DNA from: Octopus vulgaris
Lineage: Eukaryota
Direction: 5' to 3'
Length of the DNA: 64,000 nucleotides
NCBI GenBank assembly: GCA_951406725.2
Contig: OX597821.1
Location: 66,898,001 to 66,962,000, forward strand
Shown: positions 54,792-64,000 of the stretch, one piece after another
How the letters are laid out: each line of letters opens with the position of its first letter
Numbering within the stretch: the first letter of the stretch is position 1
Translations under genes and position numbers: made by a program
The notes under the pieces: generated by a model
What the model saw: the letters and a program-made list of their open reading frames with translations, nothing else
Told to the model about the DNA's origin: nothing
The model's database searches: none

Positions 54792-55386
54792 GAACTATGT
54801 ATGTATGAATACACACATAAATAGAATATTTAATATCTACACATAAACTTACATACACATACTTTATTTCATTAAGCTAGTGTAACGATATGAATTTAAA
54901 ACATCGCGGTTTTACGTTGAAGGAGACGACAGAGCTTAAAACGATACTTTTTATAGTATCCTCCTTGTGTAACATTTTTACCCGGAGCACAATTAACACC
55001 AACTTCAATCTTGCTGTTCAGTATTCGGATGTTGCTAAAATAAACATCAGAGAATATTGTGACCAATATACTCCACTATTCCCGCCATCAAATAAATATG
55101 AGATTGCGCGTCAATATTAAGTGTCAGCAAATTTTTCATCCATTCTAAATCATGGAAAATAAAACCACACCTTTCTTGCACTTGTGATTTTTGTGACTTC
55201 TTGCGTGAGATACACATTTGATTTTCAAAACACGATCATCAAGTGAATTGCCAGTGCATGTGCGAGTGTATAGGGGGTAAAAAGAAGAAAGAGAAACAGT
55301 GAAAGGTAGAAGACATGTGGAGAAAATATATGCATATGTAAATAACGATATATAGATTTATCTACTTATCAATATACATACATACA

Positions 55387-55479
<93 letters not shown>

Positions 55480-55583
55480 TTAAAATTAAGTATAAAATCT
55501 TTATAAGAAACTATCTGTAGTTAGCGTGAAAAACCTCGTAAGAGAAAAAATCTGTAAATTTTTCCACTTTGAAAATATTTATT

Positions 55584-55726
55584 TATATTATATAGAGGGT
55601 ACTATTATTCATAGGTACCGCACGCTATGAGGGACTTTTGCAGTCAAAACTATTAAAAGTTCTTTTAGTAGTTTTGACTGCAAAAGTCCCTCCTAGCGTG
55701 CTGTACCTATGAATAATAGTACCCTC

Positions 55727-55737
<11 letters not shown>
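55584..55737. repeat. Palindrome, 76-bp arms with a 2-nt loop
   Basis: 55584-55659 vs 55662-55737; three mismatches counted. Confidence 0.95.
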
Positions 55738-55758
<21 letters not shown>

Positions 55759-56900
55759 GAAAGAGGAATGAATGTAGAAGTACATTACTACGATATATCG
55801 TAAAACATTCAAAATTATTTATGAGTATATCAGTGTCCAGAACATGCAATCAAAAGTTTGTTTCAACAAAGAAGAGCATATAATTGTGAATAAATCACAA
55901 TTATAACGGACCGGGTTATAAAAACACTTACATGCCTAGAAATAGCAGTCAAAACCGTTATAAAACCACTGTAACCACTCATTTTCAATCTTCTCAACTA
56001 TAAATGCTGTCGGCGAGCGACATGACATAAGAAACCAAAATTTAAATAAAAATAAATGGTTAGCCCTCTATTCCAATTTCGAAGTTACGAACCAAAAATG
56101 GATCCATTCTTCTCTTCAGGAAGACATTCCTGTACATAGAAGTCAACAGAAAAAAACTGCCACAATAATAACAAAGAGAAACAATGTAATTATTTTAGTC
56201 TGTAGTACTGATAAAAAATTTGCTAAAAAATTATAATGGTGTATCCTGTATGTTGGAAATATATATGGTCGCTTGCATCCGAGGAGGTTGGTTTATTTCA
56301 AATTGATGTAATGTTTCCATTTATCGATTAAATGGAGCCACTTGAAACGGCCGTAATGCACTGATGTCTGGGCATCCTCGTTATTTGCTTGATATAAATA
56401 TATATATATATATACACACATAATCTACCTTTCTACCAATCTATCTATCTCTTTTTTGTTGATTAGGTATTCAGTAACAATCTTCTGTACATGGATTGCA
56501 ACTGCATAACTTCCGCAGTGTGTGTGATGTAGCGGTCACGAATCCAGGCGAGGTTTCTCTTCATGTCAATGTTACTATCTTCTTCCAGTCTACGAGAAAT
56601 ATACCCATGCATGATTTTGGGGGTATGCTAGTCCAGCTGATTTGGGTTTATAAGGGAGATCATCAGGAAAAGAGTACTTCCCGAGGTGCACACATCCAGC
56701 ACGTAGAATATTGTATCTTTCACTTTTCAGTATTAAGTGAATGTATTTATTTTTTCCTGCTGTTGTTTAGCAAGTGCTGTCTGAAAGTGGCTATGCAACA
56801 TTCAATGCCACTATGCACCGATTTCAAGCCCCTACCGCCTTTATCTCTTCTTAGGTAGAGCCTATCGATATCACTATTTTTGTGAAGATTTTGTGCGTGT

Positions 56901-56968
<68 letters not shown>

Positions 56969-57421
56969 TTTGTGTTGTGTCTTTGTGTATCACCTACCAC
57001 ATAAAATGCGCATAAACGTTATTATTAATAACGTTATTATTAATATTCACTCCCTCTCCCTTCCAAAAAGGTAATGTAGGTCCTTCATGACTCGTGGAAA
57101 CAAAGTAATATTCTGTCACAGTTTAAGCGTAATAGATTATTCTCCACACTGTTTCTTGTTCACTTGGCACCTTTATTTCTCCTTAGAACAGCGTTTGGCC
57201 ATAATTTACAGCATCTGACTCATCGCTAAGACACACCCAGCTACATAACGTTAATCATATCAATGGAGGAATCAATCGATCAAGAAATCAGTCAATCATT
57301 CAAAGCAATTATTCATTTATCATTCAAGCTAGCTGTAAATGTGAGATTACCGATTTGATGTGGTGTTAGATGTCAAGCTGTTATTGTTTGGTTTCGTACC
57401 TTGTTCTAAACCAACGCTGTG

Positions 57422-57779
57422 TCTATAGGCAAAAGTTTAGCGCTGCAAGGAGATATGTATCTAAGCGTTTCGTGGAAATCCCTTTTGCTTCACAGAAAAA
57501 TATTCAAAATATGGATGTTACCAATACAGACCCTATCTATTTCATTCAGGTTTTTAATTCTTGATTGAGTAAACTTGTAATCAAATCACTCAAACCTTAA
57601 ATCTATCGGCAAAACCTAAGTTCTGCCAGACTTGTATCTTAGCGTTTCGTGCAATTCCTTTTGTCGCGCAAAAAATATTCAGAATATGAATGTTACCAAT
57701 ACAGACCTTAACTATCTCATTCAGGATTTTAATTCTTGATTGAGTAAACTTGTAATCAAATGCACTCAAACCTTAAATC
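57422..57779. repeat. Two-copy tandem duplication, period about 180 bp
   Basis: TGTTACCAATACAGACC and TTAATTCTTGATTGAGTAAACTTGTAATCAAAT each occur twice in register. Confidence 0.92.
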
Positions 57780-58003
57780 GCTCGGACTCTTTCTCTCAAA
57801 ATATGGTATATTAACATTAAAGCTAAACGCTCGTCGAAAGAGTAAAGCGTCGGACAGACAACCAGTTCATATTTAAGAGCTGCACTTATCTTATCGATCT
57901 CTTTTAATAGACCAAATAAGTAATGGAGATAAAACAAACTAACACTGGTTGTTACGAATTCAAATACATAGAAACACCCACATATACATACATATATACA
58001 GAT

Positions 58004-58338
58004 GGGGTGAACCCCTTTCGGTCATGGTTGTCCGTGGGATTGCACCTACAAAGTAACTCTCCGAGGCACGAGTCCGGCCAAGGTTATTTATGGAAGACCA
58101 GCAATGTCCATGCATACCAGCCTCCCTTCTCCAACGCCACCGATGTTATCCCATGAAAAGGCAAATGCCGATACAGCTTGGCACAAGAGACATTGCAAAT
58201 TATTTCTACAGCTGAGTGAGCTGGAGCAACGTGAAATAAAGTGTCTTGCTCAAGAACGCAATATGCAGCCCGATCTGGGAATCGAACTCACAACTTCACG
58301 ACGGTAAGCTCGAAGTTCTAACCACTGAGCCATGTGCC
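58004..58338 (-). mobile_element. Family-C SINE
   Basis: Reverse-complement homologue of 38314-38652. Confidence 0.88.
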
Positions 58339-58383
58339 TTCATGTATATATATTTATGTGTGTGTGTAAATAGATAGACAGGC

Positions 58384-58468
<85 letters not shown>

Positions 58469-58709
58469 GACAAGTACATACATACTTACATATAAACATA
58501 TACATGCATGCACAGGCATAGACAGATTGACACACACGCACACACACACGCATACATATACACACACAATACAACGGGCTTTCTGGTGGTTACCGGCAAC
58601 CAAACTCATTCATAACATATTGGTCACATGTGTCTAAGGTGCCGCGCAGTGAGATTCAACACGAGGTTTCTAACCACTTAACTATGCCTGGACAGAATCT
58701 ATCTATCTC

Positions 58710-59215
58710 CCTCTAGGTCGTGCGTCAGGACATTCTAAGACTGTTTCCACACGTTTTCCCCACTTACCTCGATCTTACATGAAGGTCTTCAGCTCCTGTA
58801 CCCCTTCCATACCAGTATCCTACAGCAAGTTGTCGATATAGGTCGTCTTCCTCCTTCTTCTCCTGGTTCTTCCTTCGGTTGGTTGCCAGAGTACTAGCTT
58901 GTTAGAAATTTCATCGGTGAGTGTAATGTAGTGTCCAGCCAGCCTCAACCTTCTACGCTGTATCTTCAACGTTACTTTTGGTAGTTCCTTGTATAAGTCA
59001 GCGTTTGTTGTATGACTCTTCCCGGAGACATTGAGTGCTATTCTAAGCACCCTCATATAAAAGCCGTTCAACTGCTACTTCAATGCTTTTGTGAGCGTCC
59101 ATGTTTCATCCCCGTATAGAGGAACAGACGCCACTATTGCCAGAAACAGCTTCACTTTCAATTTCGATATATTTTTTTCTGTCGTTGCATTTTATGAGAC
59201 TGGACATCAAACGAT
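58710..59215 (-). pseudogene. RTE-clade LINE reverse-transcriptase C-terminal relic
   Basis: GFYMRVLRIALNVS...TNADLYKELPKVTLKIQRRRLRLAGH...LVLWQPTEGRTRRRRRKTTYIDNL. Confidence 0.88.
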
Positions 59216-59239
59216 GCCGCTTCTTTTTTTTTTTTTTTT

Positions 59240-59650
59240 GTTATTTGTTTCAGTCATTTGATTGGGGCCATACTGAAAATTGAAGTGGGTTGAGCTTTTT
59301 CCCTTTTGCTCAACGTTTGGTTTCCGCCCACGATGAGTTCGCCTTGGGACATCTTGATGGATTTTACGCAAACAAATCGACCACAAATATTTTAATGCTC
59401 GGTGCTTATTCTATTAGTCTTCTTTTGCCAAACCGAAATCATAAACAGATCAACACCGGGGACAAGCACACACACATGCATACACACATATATATGGTGG
59501 TGTATAGACGACCGGCTTCTACTAAATCTACTCACAAGATTTTTTGGTCAGTTCGGGGCTCTTGCAGAAGAAACAAGATGCTACGCAGTTGTATTGAACC
59601 CGGAACTATGTGTTTGGGAAGCCAGCATCATACCACACAGCCACACATGC
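59240..59650 (-). mobile_element. Diverged family-B SINE
   Basis: TTGTTTCAGTCATTTGA...AAATCTACTCACAAG...TACCACACAGCCAC. Confidence 0.7.
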
Positions 59651-60107
59651 ATCTGTGAATGTGTAATATGTTTATTTATACAACAAAGCTAGTTTTGATT
59701 TCTTGTGATTCGAACCATCGATTCCTCTTTCCGCTGAGTTGTGTCTCCCACTTAATTTGTGCTGTTACCTACATCATATATTATAGACATAACTATTAGT
59801 TGATTTCTTTAGTCACAAGTAATGCAAGACATTATGTGTAGACTTCATATATATGAATAATAAATATATATTACATACATACATATATACATATCAAATG
59901 TGTGTATGTTTATATGTTTATAAGTATTTACGCGAGTGTGTATGTGTGTGAAGGAAAACATGATTTTGTTTACATATATTCTTGCATCTGTCCTTCGTGT
60001 TCAAAACTCTAATTCATCTTTCTAATGTGTTTTCGCGTGTGTATCTATATATGTCTTATGCCAGTTGGTTTGCTCCCGTTTCTAATCTCTTTCCCTCTAA
60101 CACTTTC

Positions 60108-60255
60108 GTCTTCTTCTTCTTCTTCTTCTTCTTCTTCTTCTTCTTCTTCTTCTTCTTCTTCTTCTTCTTCTTCTTTTCTTTATCTTTTTTTATTCTTCTT
60201 TTTCTTCTTCTTCTTCTCCTCCTTCTTCCTCTTCTTCGTCTTCGTCGTCTTCTTC
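60108..60255. repeat. (TTC)n polypyrimidine tract
   Basis: Direct reading. Confidence 0.95.
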
Positions 60256-60672
60256 TCACTCACGCCTTACATTATTTGCTCCTCACTCTCTCTTAATCAA
60301 TCTTAGAAACCAACTTCAATCAAAAACTGTAAAGAATAATGAAACAAAATTGCTACATAAAAAAAAAGTTAGTAAAGAAAAAAAAAATTAACGGAAACTA
60401 AAAAAATAAACAGCGCCAGACAAAGTTGATTAGTTTAGTCTGAGCGACATAGACGGATTTTTAGTGGAGAGGAAAAAAATAAAATATATGTACTAAACAT
60501 AGTGCAGAATGTGACGAATCGAACATTTGCGAAGAAATGGGTTTAAGTCAATAAGTGAATACACTATAGTGTCATATACAGACATAATACTTCAATGGAT
60601 GGTAAAGATGACTTTCTAAGCGCGCATGTATATGTAGCTACAATACGTATGCGAACACAGATACACACACAT

Positions 60673-60732
<60 letters not shown>

Positions 60733-60739
60733 GCATATA

Positions 60740-60793
<54 letters not shown>

Positions 60794-61070
60794 TTAGTGA
60801 AGGGAAGAAAGTGAAGAAAGTGAAGGGAAGAAACATGTGTAGAAGATAATAAAAGGAATTATGTAGAATCTTCGTTCAGCTCCATTTCTTCCCTTTACTA
60901 AATATATTGAACTTCAATTATCCGCGCTAAGGCACGGTTGAGACACCCCAAGGTCGTAACTTCAACCGTGTCTTTTCTGTTGTGATTTTTGCTACCCGGG
61001 ATCGGTTAAATTTTGAATAATCCTTAACAGGATAATTCATTTATCCATTTCAATAAATATATATATATAT

Positions 61071-61132
61071 CAGTCAAAATCGTCCAACCCATGCTAGCAT
61101 GGAAAGCGGACGTTAAACGATGATGATGATGA
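61071..61132 (+). mobile_element. Very short retroposon 3' tail ending in (GAT)n
   Basis: CCAACCCATGCTAGCATGGAAAGCGGACGTTAAACGATGATGATGATG: stem-loop plus simple-repeat tail, inside a TA tract. Confidence 0.6.
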
Positions 61133-61256
61133 GATATATATATATATATATTGATGGAAATGGTAGGACAACAAAAGAATGAAAGAGACCTCGATATTAT
61201 ATAAATAGAGGAATTTATCTGTAAATGTAATATGTGAAAAATTATTCGGTAGCCAT

Positions 61257-61320
61257 GATACAACTCCGAGTTTCGGATGTCGGGGTGGTGGAAATCCACG
61301 CCGCCATCTCTTCAGTTATC
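61257..61320 (-). ncRNA. Putative type-I hammerhead ribozyme
   Basis: Minus GATAA-CTGAAGA-[GATG.CGG..GTGGA-TT-TCCAC..CCG.CATC]C-GAAA-CTC-G-GAG-TT-GTATC. Confidence 0.7.
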
Positions 61321-61922
61321 CGGCCATCGGAAAAAAATGCTATAGGTTTATATAGTCATGCAGTCTGTGTTTCGAGTCAGATCAACTTACACGTTAATAG
61401 TTAGAGTTTCATAGGAACACAGATGTAGTTGTGTAGACGCAATAACACAAATACTCATACATTCTCACACGCGATCTTCTGCCTAACAAAGGCAGCACCG
61501 TGTGTTGTATATACAATATCTATTAATAATACATATTTATTACACACATCAATCAAGTCGTCTTCCTCTCACAAATACGCGCGCACACACACATACAAAC
61601 ACAAGCATATATGTACATGTATAGATAGTTAATGATGCATACATAGATACATACACACACGCATGCACGTATAAACACATATACGTATGTATTCATAAAT
61701 ATATATATATATATATAATAACAAGATAATAAATAAAACATATGCATATATACACACATATATGTACATACCTACATCTATATGTATATATACATGTATA
61801 CATGGGTACAGGTCACAAAAAAAACACAGAGTACAAGTCCTACAACACAAGGAACATTACCCTTCTTCAGTTGCCCCTGCTCCGTCTACTCCTTGTTATC
61901 ACTTTGTGTGTATATGTATGTA

Positions 61923-61979
<57 letters not shown>

Positions 61980-62131
61980 CTCTCTCTATATATCTCTATC
62001 TATATTTATATATAATACCGGCCCACCTTCCAACGAAGATGGTGAGGCCGCCGCCGCCGAAGTCCCGAAATGGCAATTTCCCTGGTGATGCTACTGCTCG
62101 CCTCACAAATGCATACGTACATACATATATA

Positions 62132-62298
62132 TACGACAGGCTTCTTTCAGTTTCCGTCTACCAAATCCACTCACAAGGCTTTAGTCGGCCCGCGGCTATA
62201 ATAGAAGACGATTACCCAAGGTGCCACGCAGTGGGACTGAATCTGGAACCATGTGGTTGTGAAGCAGGCTTTTTACCACACGGTCATTCCTGCGCCTA
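62132..62298 (-). mobile_element. Family-B SINE 5' module
   Basis: Homologous to 25386-25552. Confidence 0.88.
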
Positions 62299-62306
62299 TA
62301 TACGCC

Positions 62307-62363
<57 letters not shown>

Positions 62364-62392
62364 GGGGTAGAAAGACAGACAGACAGACAGAC

Positions 62393-62451
<59 letters not shown>

Positions 62452-62505
62452 AAGTTAGATAGAGAGATAGCGGGGGAGAGGGACGAAGAGACAGAAAAAT
62501 ATATA

Positions 62506-62568
<63 letters not shown>

Positions 62569-63101
62569 TTGCTCTGTGTGTGCGCGCGCCCGTGTGCATT
62601 TGTCTGTGTGTGTATATAAATTTATTAGGTATCCACTTATTTATGAATTTATGTATTTCAGCTTATTACTTTGTCAGAGTAGAGATCGCCTTTGCTTTGT
62701 ATATCATTTACATAAACTATATTGATCTAGCGCCGTTTGTATTCATTGAGCGAAGCTAATATTAAGTTTAGATGACACCTTAGATTTAGAAAGTTGGAAT
62801 AAAATATAGTCTTATATATATAATGAGAATACATACATTCATATAAATATATATACATACATATAAATACATTTATATATATATATATATATATATATTT
62901 ACATGTATCTATCTATCTATCTCTCTCTCTCTATATATATATATATAAATATATATAAGTATATATATATAAATATATACATGTATGTATGTATATATAT
63001 ATTTATTTATATAAATATATATACATATATATATATAAGTATATATATATATAAATATATACATGTATGTATGTATGTATATATATATTTATTTATATAA
63101 G

Positions 63102-63166
<65 letters not shown>

Positions 63167-63749
63167 ATATAAGTATATATATATATTTATATATAGGTAT
63201 TTATATATGTATTGAATGTACCAATCTAACCATCTATCTATATCTACCTATCTATCCATTTATCTATCTCTCTATCTGTTTAATTTTACACACACACTTA
63301 TACACACACACGTATACACAAATATACATGCCTACATAGAATAGCAACTGCCTACACATTACATCGTGCTTAAGACGTATGTGCGTGTAAAGTGTACTTA
63401 GTTACGTAGGGAGACTCTTTGCAGTTAGGAAGATAAGTACGTAGATCGGTATGTAAAACTTTGATATAAACGGAATTGAATGCTGTGTAGGCTCATAAAC
63501 CGAGCCGTACAATCTAATGTTGCTGATATCATCAGATAGTTAGCATAGACTAGTTATGAACATAGCGCAGTTTGCATGGGTAGATGGCGGATACATAATT
63601 CAGATTACGTTTCGTTGGGGTGTTGAGTGCGTATGAATATAGTTACAAGAGTTTGGCAAAGCGTGAATTATGCACGTCCATTGTTAGAAATTTTGAAATT
63701 TGTCTAAATTTATATTTCTGTGTAAAATGTGTTTGCGTGTCAATGATAT

Positions 63750-63978
63750 TTTCTAGTATAGGTACAAGGCCTGAAATTTGGGGCAGGGGGACTAGTCGAA
63801 TACTTCAGCCTCCAGTACTAAACTGATACTTATTTTATCGACCCCAAAAGGATGAAACACAAAGTCGACCTCGACGAAGTCTTTAAACTCCGAACATGAG
63901 GACGGATGAAATACCTATTTCTTTATTGCCCACAAGGAGCTAAACATAGAGGGGACAAACAAGGACAGACAAAGGGAT
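63750..63978 (-). mobile_element. Dimeric family-A SINE, 5'-truncated
   Basis: Junction GAAATACC|TATTTCTTTATTGCCCACAAGG as at about 2459 and 48532. Confidence 0.85.
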
Positions 63979-64000
63979 GTGAGGAGAGAGAGGAGGAGAG

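Noticed and set aside
61742-62353. 203-aa ORF
   Set aside because: Stitched from microsatellites, a short GC-rich patch and an antisense SINE head

Overview
This 64-kb window is AT-rich, gene-poor eukaryotic DNA, intergenic or intronic. Its microsatellite density and SINE types look like an octopus/cephalopod genome (inference, not verified). No intact host gene is visible, and nearly all listed ORFs are microsatellite artefacts. The window is a mosaic of (TA)n, (CA)n, (GATA)n, (TACA)n and trinucleotide repeats, at least four tRNA-derived SINE families (informal labels A-D), LINE relics (Tx1/L1-like, RTE-like, CR1/L2-like), a Penelope-like GIY-YIG fragment, a rearranged mariner, Tc1/mariner/pogo MITEs and a non-autonomous Helitron. 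The most notable signal is a set of short modules, mostly embedded in microsatellites, carrying minimal type-I hammerhead-ribozyme folds from several unrelated sequence families (Penelope pseudo-LTR or retrozyme-like). Also notable: several near-perfect palindromes at (TA)n tracts, a recurrent dimeric SINE whose internal tail matches the 3' end of the Tx1/L1-like LINE in this window, a SINE family with an internal expanding microsatellite, and an inverted 212-bp Helitron segment copied into a SINE. All alignments and folds were done by eye, so the boundaries of diverged copies are approximate.
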